Origin: Hydrolagus colliei
Taxonomy: Eukaryota
Direction: 5' to 3'
Length of the DNA stretch: 64,000 nt
Assembly (NCBI GenBank): GCA_035084275.1
Contig: CM068742.1
Location: 44,826,001 to 44,890,000 of the forward strand
The translations under genes were made by a program, and so were the position numbers. Below the pieces are notes generated by a model. The model was not told where the DNA came from. It saw nothing but the letters and a program-made list of their open reading frames with translations, and ran no database searches. Each line of letters opens with the position of its first letter. Position 1 is the first letter of the stretch. Of the stretch, positions 24,415-37,920 are shown in pieces.

Positions 24415-25035
24415 ACAACTACAACAAGAAAACTTGTATAATGTAGTGTCCTTCATGTCGGAAGTTGTCTCAGGGTGCTGGACAATCAGGGGTTATGGAT
24501 CCGAGCTTGGAGTTGGAGTCAGAAGGGGAGGAAGCTGGGGAGCTCTGAATAATCTGTAGCTTGTGAAAGGAAGAGATGGGAAGTCCAGCGAGTGGGCACT
24601 TGGCGTAGTCAAGCTAGGATGTAATGAAAGTATGGATCAGGGTCTTAGTGGCCTGAGGTGAGATGCAGTGGCAGAATCGGATAGTGTTGTGAAGGTGTAG
24701 AAAAACACGAGTCATGGCACAAATGTGGGGTTTGAAGGATAGCTGAGGCTCAAACAGGACACCAAAGTTTGGGATTGGCTCGGGGAGGCGACGCGTGCAG
24801 CCATGAATGGTGAGGAGTGGCTCCTGCTTGGCTCCACTGCCAGGAGCCAAGCAGGAGGAATCTGCCTTGCCAACAATGAGCTGGAGGAAGCTGGCTATCA
24901 TCCAGGACTTGATGTCAGACAGACAATTAACCAGGAGTCCTGGAGTCAAGGATGGTGGTGGCGAGTTGGAGCAGGTAATCACGTTAATACTCATGTAGTC
25001 ATGAAACTGAATTAGTAGGCTCACATGATGCTGGT
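24415..25035 (-). mobile_element. Degenerate L2 RT/3' fragment
   Basis: Minus ORF 24614-25078 contains CLSDIKSWM..SFLQL, LSFKPHI, TKTLIHTFITS; CAACTACAAC tail. Confidence 0.8.
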
Positions 25036-25039
25036 AGTA

Positions 25040-25295
25040 TGCTGTATTGTCAGAGATGCTGCTCTCTGGATGAGACAATTAACCAAATTCCTACCTGTTT
25101 GTTCAGTTGGGTATTAAAGATCTGTGGCACTATTTGAAAGGAGAAGTGAGTTTCTCTCAAGTCCTGGCCAACAATCCCCCAAATAAAATCTCTTATTGTT
25201 TGAGCACTATTTCCCTACCCTGTTTGCCTAAAAAATCCACTGCAGTAAAGTGAAAACGTTTGAGTTAACCATCCAACCTGAAAAACACCTATTCA
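25040..25295 (+). mobile_element. Degenerate Deu-domain SINE fragment
   Basis: TGTCAGAGATGCTGCTCTCTGGATGAGAC...AAAGATCTGTGGCACTATTTGAA...TCCTGGCCAACA resembles the Deu/AmnSINE1-SacSINE1 core. Confidence 0.55.
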
Positions 25296-25350
25296 AATAT
25301 GACGCTTCTGTAACCAGCTATTGGGAGATTACTGTAACCAAGTGTGTGAG

Positions 25351-26740
25351 ATCATAGAGTCACAGAATGATACGGCACAAAAGGAGGCCATTCAGCCCAT
25401 CTAGTCTGTGCCGGCTCTTTGAACAGAGCAACTCAATCCCACTGCCCAGTTTTCTACCCATAACCTAACAGACCTGCTCTTCCTAAATAAAGATCTAATT
25501 CCCTTTTAAAAGCTGTTATGGAATCTGCCTCCACCATCTTTTCAGGCAATGCATTCCAGATTCGAACAACCCGGTGAGTGAAAAAAATTCTCCTCAGCTC
25601 CCGCTCTGCTTTGTTTTGAAACTATTTTAAATCTGTGACCACAAATCACTGATTTGCCCACCAGTGGAACAGTCTTTCCCTATTCACCCTGTCAAAACCT
25701 CTCATAATCTTAAAAACCTCTATTAGGTCTCCTCTCAATCTTCTTTGTTCTAGAGAGAATAAGCCTAGCCTATCTAGCCTTTCCTCGTAGCTGAAGTTCC
25801 TCATTCCTGGTACCATCCTGGTAAATATCCTCTGCACCCTTTCCAATGCCTTAATATCCTTCCTAAAGTGTGGTGACCAGAATTGTACACAGTACTCCAG
25901 CTGAAGCCTAACCAAAGTCTTACAGAGGTTAATCAGCACTTCCTGACTTTTGTATTCTATACCCATATTTATAAAGCCTAGTATATGCCTTCTCAACAGA
26001 TTTGTCCACCTATCCTGCCACTTTCAAAGAGTCACTAACACAAATCCCCAGGTCTCTCTGTTCCTTCACACCCTTTAAAATTGTATTATCTAGCCTATAT
26101 TGCCTCCTCTCATTTCTTCTCCCAAAGTGTATCACCTCACACTTCTCTGTATTAAACTTCATCTGCCATGTGTCTGCCCACTTTACCATTTTATCTATAT
26201 CCTCTTGCAGATGGCTACTATCCTCCTCACTATTTACTATTCTCCCGAACTTAGTATCATTTGCAAATTTGGAAACCGTAGTCCCTAAACCCAAATCCAA
26301 ATCATTAATGTATATTAAAAAGAGCAGTGGTCCCAAAACTGATCCCTGGGGGGACGCCACTGCACACTTCCCTCCAGTCTGAAAAGCAGCCACTCACCAC
26401 TACTCTCTGCTTTCTGTCTAACAGCCAGTTGTGGATCCACGCTACTACTGTCCCTTTAACGCCATGGGCCTCTATTTTCCTACTAAGCCTCTCATGCGGC
26501 ACTTTGTCAAATGCCTTTTGAAAGTCCATGTAAACTACATCAACTGCGCTGCCCTCGTCCACCCATTCTGTTACATCGTTGAAAATTTCTATCAGATTTG
26601 TAAGGCAAGATTTTCCTTTAATAAATCCATGCTGGCTTTCCTTTATCAGCCTATATTTTTCTAAGTGAAGATCTATCTTGTCCCTGATTATAGGCTCTAG
26701 ATGTTTGCCCACCACTGACATTAGATTGACTGGCCTGTAT
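25351..26740 (-). mobile_element. CR1 LINE, 5'-truncated, frameshifted RT plus 3' UTR
   Basis: QHGFIKGKSCLTNL, VDVVYMDFQKAFDKVPH, PQGSVLGPLLFLIYINDL, KFANDTK, LEYCVQFWSP, LGLFSLEQRRLRGDLI across three ORFs. Confidence 0.95.
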
Positions 26741-28774
26741 CAGATCAGTCAAGGATAACTGGTAGTCCCTCATATAGCACAGATGAACTTCTGTTCAATA
26801 CCTATTTCTAATGACAATACTGAACCTGGAAGATTCCCAAAGGAAAAATTATTCATCCAACTCTTCAGAAACACAAACTGGTTGTTATTCGGAGCAGCAT
26901 GCAAATGAGATAGAGAACTTAAGGAGAAACTCTTTCTGGAATGAACTGAGCTTAAAGTACAAAACTGTTGTATATGCTATTCACCCAATATGTGGACCTA
27001 ATTGCATCGGACAAAGTTAGGGTTGCGTTAAATCACATAAATCCGAATTACAATGGAGTGAAAAATCACATTTTAAATTCAAGTGAGAAATATAAGGACT
27101 TGGATTTATGCTTAATCAGACTGCTGGTTTGCAAACAAATTACAAATACCGTTGATAGCATATGGATAATCCTGTAAACTCAACACAGGTTACAATATAT
27201 AACACCTTGCACATGAGGAGGATGTCCCAAAACTATAAAGCTGCGTTGAAAGGCCTTAATCTGGATCCACAATTTCAACCTAAGCCACTAAAAAGTTTCA
27301 AGTATCAGACGAAGTCCATATTTGGAATCTGGAGATGATGTCATACTGGTAGTAATACTTGCATTTGGTATAGTCCCTTTCACGTCAGGCGGATGTCTCA
27401 AAGCATTTCACAGTATTCATTTTTAAGTGGAATTACAGTACTGTACTTTGTATTTGTAGATGAACATGGCAGCCCATTTTTGCACAGGAATGTCACACAA
27501 ACAGCCTTGAAGTGAATGGCCAATATTAATCAGTAGTTGTAGCAGGAACCATGTAACCAATATCTGACGTGTGTTAATATTCATACAGTTTATTACAATT
27601 GCTTTTACTTATAAGGTTTAAATAGAATCAATCTGGAGACAATTACTAGGCAACTTGTTATATATCATCTGATAGATACACAAATTGATTCTCTGACAGA
27701 GGAGGACTTTATAGCTAATTTCTGATAATCATAAAACTATACCTGACAAGTGTAACAATTGAGTATGCTGATTTTACGTCATATCTACTTGTAACGGTAA
27801 AAACTATCAATATAACATTTCAAATATTTTGATCCAGAATCTATAATTCACTGCAGGGCATATTAACCTATTCTTCGATGATGGCTGATATTCAGCCAGG
27901 CTGAGTTCAATGGTTTTGGCATGTACCATTGACCTATCGCCCTGCAATTAATACATTCAAAATAAATTATCAAGTTGCACAAACACATTTAAATGTACCA
28001 CAAACAAATTACTCCTCTGGTGCAAATTATAGATGGGGAAGATAGATGCTTCAGAATGATTCTGTTAGCCAATACCTACTACAAGAGGCATAAGTCAACC
28101 TTCTCATGGATGAAAACTAAGTCAAATATTTGAAAGCATAAAAGCATCCAAACCCTTTTTTTGTACAGAAAATTGAAAATAAATTCTTGCAAGAATCAAT
28201 ATTGTTTCTCGATGAAGAGGTCTCTAGACAAAAGCCAAAATGTGCTTCAGTAAAATGGAGAACAAGCAAAAGAAACACATTCAGTTGGAATGAGGGATGC
28301 GCCATAGTCTGAGGTATTCAATTCTTCCACCCACGAGTTCAGAGTTGTAAATATATAGGACCGAAAATAGGAAACTAGATTGACAACCAGGTGTCTCTGT
28401 TCAATTACTCTTTAAAAATTGGGAAATCAATAATGAGCCACAAGGCTCTTTGGAAGAAATGGTCTCCATGATATTACTCATTCTGCATTGTCTTATATTG
28501 TCAAGATTATAAATCAATTGCCCTGATCCTAACAAGATCTCCAAAATTGAAGCCTGGTTACTTTCGCTTGCTCTTATCTTTGGGGCCATGCTAAAGCAAA
28601 CAACAACAACAACAAAATTACATTGATAGAGCGCCTTTCATGTCAGGAGGAGTGACCTGAGTGATTAAATAAAACACTGACCCATTTATTGGTTTTGGAC
28701 AATGGATCAGCCGGTGCATCTAACAGTGATTTTACATGCATTCACAAATGCATTTTGAACATGAAACTTGCCAT

Positions 28775-29165
28775 CAACAACAATAACAAAATTACACTTG
28801 TATAATGTCTTTCACGTCATGCTGGACAGTCATTGTTTTAGACCTGACCTAGGTTCGGCAAGGAGGGTATTTGGGATGAATGATGGGACCGTCAAAGAGC
28901 AGGGTCTTGAGCAGGAACTTGAAGGGGGCCAGGGAAGGGAGGAGGGACTGCGGGATAGAGTTCCAAAGATTGAGGGCAGAGTGGCTGAAGGCTTGCTCGC
29001 CTTCAGGACAAGCCTTGGGGTGGGTGGGTCGGGGGACATGGAACAAGCCGGAGCCTGCTGGGCAAAGGGGATTGGCAGGTTCATAGGGTTTAGGAGGTCA
29101 CAGAGGTAAGGTGGGGTGAGGCCGTGGAGGGTTTTGAATGTGATGACCAGGATCTTGAATTGGAT
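28775..29165 (-). mobile_element. L2 3' fragment
   Basis: IQFKILVITFKTLHGLTPPYL, AFSHSALNLWNSIPQS. Confidence 0.85.
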
Positions 29166-29339
29166 CACCTTTATTAACAAACAATTACACTGGGAAACAA
29201 TAATCAAGAAGCCCAACTCCCATTGGTTGAGAATAGCCTGTCTCTGAAGCCAAAATAAGCTTTGACACAGGCAATTCACAGGAGAGAAGGAAGCTGATTT
29301 GGGGGTCAGTAGCGTTTCCATGCATGCCCTCTCTTTTGC

Positions 29340-29890
29340 TGTTTCTATGTTTTGGGGGGAGTCTGACACATTCAAAAACCCATCACCATGTTTAATAGTA
29401 TCCAAACCACCTACACATGGAAATCCCAGAGATAGATTATTGGAATGGAATGTACATTCTTTCCACGGAGGGTCATATCCTGCTTATCTAATTCCAGGAA
29501 TATTAGGCACAGGTTGGCAAGATCCAAGCCTTGAGGTTCCCAGAATGTGTGTTGGAAAACTGCTGGAGTCTAACCAGCTGAATCCGCATAGCTTGCCATT
29601 GAAATTGCTGTCTAGCAAGTTTTCCTGCTGCTTGTCCAGGTAGGACCATCCTACCTATTAGGGTTTGATTTGCAGGGTTAACAGGAGTTGATTGGCATGA
29701 TTCTCTTCCCTCAATGACCTGTCTGCTCTTACAGATGCGGTGTCTCTGATCAATGCCCTGGAATACTCCAGACCCATTTGGCTCAGGAACCAGACTCTGG
29801 ACCACCACAGAAGGCTGGCTTGATTCATTAGCAATATCCAGATCACCTTGGAGCCAATTCAGCTCCAAGGAGTCCTAGCTTGCCTCCCAC
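29340..29890. mobile_element. Most complete copy of the ancient unclassified repeat
   Basis: Colinear with 58550-59365 (TTATCTAATTCCAG...CAGGTTGGCAAGA; GCAGGGTTAA). Confidence 0.55.
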
Positions 29891-31316
29891 CCACCCCCGA
29901 GTAGGATAGTCACTAGTCAGTTGTTCAACATTCGACAAGTGTGAGTTTGAGCCCTCACTAGATAGATGATAGGTACAAGGAACTCCCTGTGAGCCTTCCA
30001 GTGGGTCACTATCATACTGTCCACAGCTCAGGGACACTGCCCTCCCCATTAAGCAATGTTTCCACCAATTGGAGGTGCAGAGTTTAAGCAGTATCTGTCT
30101 ACCTCACTGCAGGTCAATTAAGTTGGATTCCAAGCAATGGGCATACAAACACGTGTTCACAAAGTTGGACTCCAGCTAGTGTCTTTCAGCAGCTGTTCCC
30201 CCAAGCTTCAGAGTTTTCTCAACCAGCATGGTGGGCGGACCTTTACAGGATATGGAGCAGAGACCTTAATGTTCTTAAGGTCTCTACTCCCTATACAGAT
30301 AACAGTTAACTTGAGGCTGTCTTATCTCTGTGATGTGCTTCTGAATTACATGTCTCCAGTTTTTAGGGTTCTTGAACTGGCTATTTGCACCAGTTTAAAT
30401 AATATCTAAACCATGCTTCTCACCAACGCATGCCCCACTTATTAATGCATGCAGAAATTAAAATTACATGCGGAACAGAAGTTTGGCCCCAAGGCAAGGT
30501 CAGGAGTGGAAATACAGCATAGTGCAGCACTAAATCAGCATAAACACAATTTGCACCAGTAAATCCCTATGAAAATGGGTTTCCCATGGTAAAAATTCTG
30601 TTTGCATTCTAATGCCAAGAAAGAAAATCTATCCAGTATTTATACAGTGTTCCTGCAAGGTATAGAGTTTTGTAAACAAAGTAAACATAATTCCTTACGG
30701 CATATCAGCTAGAAAAATTCAGTCTCAGATGATTGAATCCCAGTGAGAAATTCCTGGCTTGTAATTACCAATATAACTACAGGTAAGAAACTGAATTTCT
30801 AACTAAATTTCACAAAGTAGAATATCTGTTAACTGTCTTGGGTATTAAATTATCTACTTCAAAATGCACAGGTGTTCTGATATGTAATGTCCGCAAAGCA
30901 TATTTTCCTTATCTTTCTGTTAGGTAATGTGGCACAGAGAATTGGAGAAAGTGGAGAGCATTTTCTATTTGAAACACTGTATTTTTGATTATATGTATGG
31001 AGAAGATATATTTTACAAAATACTTGCTACATGTAATGATTCTGGTAGCAACTTAAATAATGCTTTTCAAGCAATTGATCTGTTTGACATGGTTCTTGTG
31101 AAATTTGTGCCATAATGCTTGATTTGTAATAATTCTATAAGTAGGCTGCAGAAATAGAACAAACTGATGCACCCCAACAAATATTCTCACATTACACATG
31201 AACAGGCATGAAACGCAAAATTGCTTAAGAAATATAGATGAGAAATTCTGCATTGCACCAGTGGATTATGGATTATAGATTATTAAATACTGATGGAGAA
31301 AGCTATGGAAACATAC

Positions 31317-32458
31317 AATATCCTGTGAAGGCTTTTACACTTGACTTTTTATCTTCTGGATGGAAACTCAGTGAGCAATGAATGTTTGAAGTAAGAGTAG
31401 CATGGACAGTAGGTGTGTACTCATCGGTTCTGTACACACTTTCAATGCCTCAGTTGACTTGAATATTTGTCCAGCATGAACGATAAACATTGAATCCTAT
31501 CTCTCTTTTGGTCAAGCTTATGAGATAATTAAGTCCATTTTTATATCAATTATTGGAAGGTTTCGCGTATCCGAAAGTCTTGTAGTATCAAAAACCGTAT
31601 CCTAATGCACATTATCATAATTTTTGCTTGCTACAGACTGTATGTGTGAACATTTATCTAATTCAAACAGATTATAGCGGTTGGATTGCAACATGCTAGA
31701 TTTCACCAGGTAACAGAAATAATAGTCAATCCCATTATAAATGTCATCTAGCAAATATCAGCTCGTCGATTTGAAGACAATTGTTACAATAGTCTATAAT
31801 GTGGAACCACTGGGCAGCTGTAAATGTTATGTAATACAAGCTAATCTGAGCTAATTACATCAAAGCTAAACAAAGAAAAGAACAGAGCATTTCCAAAGGA
31901 ATCGTTGAATTAGAAAATATCACATTTTTAAAAAAGCTCTTATACTGGTTATTTTGTTTGTAGAATTAAGAATCAAATCTGTTTTTTCCAGAAGAAAGTT
32001 GTGCATTTTTTAATTTAAAAAAATACATTTTGCATTGTACCACAAACCTATGGAGTTTGACAATATCAGCAAAACACTCAGGAGACTTCTCGATAAATGC
32101 ACAAAATGAAATCATTCCTTTCACAGATTAGAGTTTGTACTGAAAGAGAGTTTGCTTCAAGGCTGAATATTTCATTCGATTTCCAAATGTAATCCAATCC
32201 AACTGTGGAATGTTCTTCAACATGCTGGCTGCTGTTAATTTGTGACCTTAATCTTGTCAATCCTCACTCAGGTGCCACTTTGTGTAGCCCTATTTACACA
32301 GCAGCATGAGACAGTGTTTTACCACTTAACAACCTGGCTCTGCTCCCAATCTATGCACACAGCGTACAATTGACTTGGGTCACAAAGTGTATTCTACCTG
32401 CCTTAGGCCGTCCTTACATGTAGCTCATGAGTGTCACCGTCACAAGCCACACCAATGC
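31317..32458 (-). pseudogene. Two possible decayed exons (32458-32048 and 31601-31317)
   Basis: Acceptor/donor-like ends (ttttaag|GC...CATAG|gtttgt; cattag|GA...TATT|gtatgt) and protein-like runs such as ESVYRTDEYTPTVHATLTSNIHCSLSFHPEDKK, with stops or frameshifts. Confidence 0.28.
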
Positions 32459-33131
32459 CTTAAAAGGAATAAATTAACAGAATTTGGCAAAAATGCACTA
32501 ATACACTTGAATAAAAAAAATTAGAATACAGTACCTGGGAATGACGGAGCTCATCTCTGCAGTGTATTACATGACAGTACACAGACCCAATCCTTGTGGT
32601 TCTGGGCCAAATGCAAATTATCCATTTATAATGAATAATACTATGCCCTTTGGGAGACAAGCAGAATTATTTATATTTCTCAACATGCTGATATCTATTA
32701 TTTGTGTCTCTGGTGATCATGTGGGAGAAGCATTTTTCATGATTTCAGCCTGTCTACATATTAGGACCCTATTCAATGGCAAGGATACACACACATACAC
32801 CTATGTACCATCTATTCCAACCACTCTACCTTTGTCTCCTTTCATTCAACACTGTTGCACCTGCATTGTCACCTCTACTGAACTCCATACATTCATCAAC
32901 CCAGTCTTCACCAGGCTTCATTGTTCCTTTGTTTCTGAGCAGATCTTTTTCAAGGTAACTTCACTCTCACCTACCTTTGCATTCACATCCTAGCACCTCC
33001 TTTTTCTCTGAACTTCTCCTACTGTACTCCTTAATTCAACTAATTCAGAGTCCCTTGCCCTCTCCATGCCACCATTGGTAACCAAGCCTTTAGTTTCCAC
33101 ATCTCGAACCTCTGGAGTGTCCTCCTTCTAC

Positions 33132-34110
33132 TAGGGTCCAGCGATATATCTATATATCACTAAAACCCGATATAATTTTCATATCGATACACCGATATAG
33201 GCATTTTAAAAATATCGATACATCGAAAAATCAATATATTGAGGTAAAAAAATCGGAATGCGCGCACACTGAACTACAAGACCCAGAATGCTCATCTCTA
33301 TACACAATGCACAGACCGAGGTGCAAAGCTGCCATATTGTATTCATAGTCCTCGAATACAATATACAGGTATGCAAGGGGTGGGTGGGGGGTGAGTGGGA
33401 GAGAGACGGCTTGGGGGGGGTGAGTGGGAGAGAGACGGCTTGGGGGGGGTGAGGGGGAGAGAGACGGCTGGAGGGGGGTGTGGAGGAGAGAGACTGCTGG
33501 GGGGGAGGGGAGGAGAGAGAGACGGTTGGGGGGGGAGGGGGAAAGAGACGGCTGGGGGGGTCGGGGGGGAGAGGGACGGCGGGTGGTGGTGGGGGGAGAG
33601 AGACGGCTGAGGGGGGTGAGAGGGGGGTAGGGAGAGAGAGACGGCTGGTGGAGGGGGAGGGAGAGAGAGACGGCTGGTGGAGGGGGAGGGAGAGAGAGAC
33701 GACTGGGGGGTGGGGGGTGGGGGGGGAGAGAGACGGCCTGGGAGGGGTGGGGGGGGAGAGAGATGGCTGGGGGTGTGGGTGGGAGGGAGAGAGAGACGGG
33801 GGGGGTGTGGGGAGAGAGACGGGGTGTGGGGAGAGAGACGGGGTGGATGTGATAATGTACAGATAGATAGAGATGGGGGGGATGTGAGAGGGACACAGAC
33901 AGAAAAACACAGAGATGGAGAGAGTGAGAGACACAGAGAGAGAAATATATTTACCTCCTGAGGAGATAGGCCTCGAATGCGCGCGTGCACTCCGAATGCG
34001 TGCGCCGCATGCGCAGTACGAAAAACCCGGAAATATCGATATTCCGGTATATCTCGATATGAGCCCATCGATATATCTAAATCAGAAAATTTCCATATCG
34101 ACGGATCCTA
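33132..34110. mobile_element. Non-autonomous hAT-type DNA transposon with a G-rich internal minisatellite
   Basis: Imperfect TIRs TAGGGTCCAGCGATAT / ATATCGACGGATCCTA; perfect 8-bp TSD CCTTCTAC (33124-33131, 34111-34118); sits inside an old L2 3' end. Confidence 0.9.
33375..33850. repeat. G-rich minisatellite (GAGAGAGACGGCT + G runs)
   Basis: Directly visible tandem units. Confidence 0.9.
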
Positions 34111-34869
34111 CCTTCTACCCATCAGTCTTACTCACTCTCTATCAGTTCCATCTCAAAATCCACCTCTTCAAATGTCTGCATCTATTTCCACTTCTGCCTT
34201 GCTCGCTATGCAGCTCTGTCCTTGTAAAGCATTCCAAGACATGATTCTACTTGAAGAGCACTGTATAAATGCAAGTTGTTGTTATTGAGTACCCATTTGA
34301 CGCTGCGAATCCAAAGTGTTGGCATTAGAAACAGTGGGGGGAAAAACTCTCCAAAGTAAATCATCGTCAATTAAATGAGATTCAGTCCATGATAAACTCT
34401 ATCTGGTCTATAAAGAGGGTGGGTTTGATCAGCCAATTAGCATTTTCTGTTCCATACTAATTAATTAGTACCGTCTCAGGAAACTCAGGATAGGTAGGCC
34501 AATTGAGGAAAGAAATCTGGATATTACAGATTTTATTACGGTAAATGCTCTCACTCTCTCTACTATCACACTGGATTGCAAGCAGATGTTAACTTTCACC
34601 TATGAGGCTAGCGTTCAGAAGCTGTCCAACTAGTATTTGGACAGTATTTCAATCAAACAGAGCAAAATTATTTCAAACACACAGACAAAACAACCACATA
34701 TCTGATATAATGGAAATCCGATATATGAGAAAAATTCAAGGTTATTCATCTACAATAAACTTTTTTTAAAAATAAAGGTCAAAGAAATTATGAAATATCG
34801 GGAATTCAATGGCAAATTCAATACTGTTTAGCTGACTTTCTAAAATCAATTTAAATAAAAGAAAACTCA

Positions 34870-35730
34870 ACAATGACAACAGCAACAACAAAATTACATT
34901 TATAGAGTTACCTTTTACATCGGGAGGACGTCCCAAGGTGCCGAACAGTTAGATCAGGACCCAAGCATAGACAAGGGGCAGGGTAGGGTAGGGGAAAGTG
35001 GAGGGAGAGAGGTGTGAGGGCGGCTGAAGGCACGAGGCACGATCGAAAAGGAGGGTTTTGAGACGAGCCTTGTAGAAGGCAAGGGAGGCAGCGAGGCAAA
35101 GGGAGTGTGGGATGGAGTTCCAGAGTGTGGGGGCAGAGAGGCTGAAAGCACAGCCATCGATGGTAATGCTGGCCAGGTGAGAGACGTGGAGCAGACTGGA
35201 GACCACTGAATGGAGTGGACGGGCAGGTTGGTAGGGAGTCAGCAGGTTGGAGAGATAGGAAGCAGCAAGGCTATGGATAGCTTTGAAAGTGAGGATGAGA
35301 ATCTTAAATTCAATCCTCTGGGGGATGGGGATCCAATGGAGCTGAGCGAGGGTGGGAGTGATGGGGTCAGGGAGCCTAGCGCAGGAGAGTGTATGAGCTG
35401 CAGAGTTTTGGATGATCTGAAGCTTGTGAAGGGAAAAGGTTGGAAGACCAATGAGGAGGGAGTTTCCATAGTCAAGCCTTTATGTGATGAATGCATGGAC
35501 GAGGGCAGCCTAAGTGAGGCAATGGCAGAGTCGAGCAATGTTACAAAGGTGGTGGAAGGCAGTGGTGAACTGTCCTTTCTCCCAGTGGGGGAGAAAAGAC
35601 AGTTCAGGCTCAACAAGACAACCAGACTCCTGACTGGCTTCAAGAGATGGAGTGTGCAGCCGTGGATGCTGATGCTGCCAGAACCTGAGGTGCGGAGGCG
35701 CTGACATGAACCGATCATGAGGGCCTCAGT
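34870..35730 (-). mobile_element. L2 3' fragment
   Basis: TEALMIGSCQRLRTSGSG, AFSLSAPTLWNSIPHSL; CAACA tail. Confidence 0.88.
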
Positions 35731-37748
35731 TATGTGTTTGCACATTGCAACTCTTATTATTTATCAATTTAGATATTGTCAGAAACAACGTGATAATTGA
35801 TATGAATTTTAGAGTGGGTTATTATCATTCAACAACTATTTACATTATATTGCATCCTTCACACGGGGTAGCATCTCGGAGCACTTGATTCAAGTCAATG
35901 TTTTTCAAACGCAAAATTACAAAATATAAGATACTATTCAGTTGTGGAGCTAAATGTTTTATTTTGTAAAATAAAATATGGATTTTAGGTTTGTAACTAG
36001 TCAAACTAACTGTTTTTAACATACAGTATATCCTAGACAAAGGGATTTCAACTTTTTGAAGGTGACAACTGTTTTAGATGATTTTAAATGAGAACCAAGA
36101 AGTCTCATTCAAGTTGTATTGATTGCTTTCATTAGCCTTTGGCAATTATAGTCTTGTTCAGCCACATTATATTAAGTATCTTCTGTTTCTCTTAACACTT
36201 TCTCCCACTTGGTTCATAGCTCAGGAGTAGTTTGTTCTTCTGTTTTAACCATTTGACCAAGGTTTTAGATACAGTAAAAAGGATTTGAAACCAATCCAAC
36301 CTAACCACACATCTCCAAATAGACTGTCACAGAGCTAAAAATTGTCTTTACATTTGTCATGCAACAATAATAAGGAGGAAGAAGAATAACAATTCTTGCA
36401 TTTGTCATAGCACCTTTCATATCGGGAGGATGTTTCAAAGTGCTTCACAGGATTTCATTGTGAAGCAGAGTAACTGTGTATTTGTAGTGAACATGGCAGC
36501 CCAATTGCCACAGCAATTGTCCTATAAATAACTCAGAATGAATGACCAAGTATTTGGGTGGGTGGGGGTGGGGGGGGAGAGGAATTGTTTTCCAGAGCAC
36601 CAGGATTAACCTGGTGCTTGGGATTTTTGCCATGGGATTTTAAACATCCATCTGAACAGGTAGAGCTTCCCCTTTGTGAGATTAATAAATCATCATTGTT
36701 GAACTTTTTCCAATGGCTAATCTTGAATTCCTGTTCAAAATTCATGTTGTAACATAAGGAGTCTGTATTATTAATACAGTTTTAAGAAGCATTTTAATAT
36801 GCCTCTGTTACTTAATAAGGTAAGATGCTATTGAGAATGTGGTAGGAAAACTGAAGTTCATGGTGTGCTCTAACCCTGCAAAGCATAGTGAACTACGACC
36901 ACCCTTGACAACCTACCGCAGCCAGGAACTGGCTGGCATTGAGCTCAAGCAAACCCGTATCAAAAGCTCCACTGAACAACTGTAAGCAAATACAGAGCCA
37001 GCTGTCAGCAGAGCTATTCAGTCACTTGTTCACTGGAATTCAAAGCTTAGTGTTTTCCAGTATCATATGATCCAGCCATCGTCTAAGATTTGCTCACAGT
37101 GCTCTCTCCAATGACCCAAATTATCGAGATTTATTATTAACAACAACCTGAATTATTCTACTGAAGACATGTGGGAACAGAATGGTCACTCTCATAGCCT
37201 GCTCTTAGTGTCTTATTTCAACAAAGACAGCCTCTGTTTTCCCTTATGAAGGAACTGGGAAACAGCACCTACAGAACCTGTTATCATCAAAAACAAAATA
37301 GTATAAGACATGCAAAAACACTAGCTGATAACTGATAAAAGGCTAGTCATATCTCTTATTTACAAAGCTCAGTTTACATACTTTTAGCTTGCTTTGTCAA
37401 AAAAGGATAGAATCCTAATAAGTAAACCTCAAGACAGAAATTAAAAGCTGCTATGTATGGTGTCAAAATGAGCAGATGTGTTAGGTGTCTGCTAATATGA
37501 ACTGGGACCAGGGATTTCTGAAACTTTAAAAGTGGAGAGAAAAAAAATATTAGGAAATAATGAGTGGTTACAAGCAAATGGGCAAGGGACTCGTTTCGGA
37601 TTTAAAACCAAAAATGAAAAAGCAAGTACTGCTTTTCTTCAGTGAAGTGCAAAAACAAATAAATGTTAGTGTCAGGATTTTCTAACTGGCATCTTTCCAT
37701 GATAAATCCCACTCATGCAGAAAAGGATGAAATTCCGTCATCCGAGCA

Positions 37749-37920
37749 NNNNNNNNNNNNNNNNNNNNNNNNNNNNNNNNNNNNNNNNNNNNNNNNNNNN
37801 NNNNNNNNNNNNNNNNNNNNNNNNNNNNNNNNNNNNNNNNNNNNNNNNNNNNNNNNNNNNNNNNNNNNNNNNNNNNNNNNNNNNNNNNNNNNNNNNNNNN
37901 NNNNNNNNNNNNNNNNNNNN
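37749..37920. other. Assembly gap (172 N)
   Basis: N run. Confidence 1.

Noticed and set aside
32380-32458. IGVACDGDTH as a second RCC1 blade
   Set aside because: Lacks the CG..H spacing and downstream G.N..GQLG; a stop follows; phase does not fit the 42634 donor.
36916-36980. Short minus-strand exon candidate (LFSGAFDTGLLELNASQFLAA)
   Set aside because: Resembles an old SINE-like repeat also seen near 21400-21680; no protein similarity recognised.
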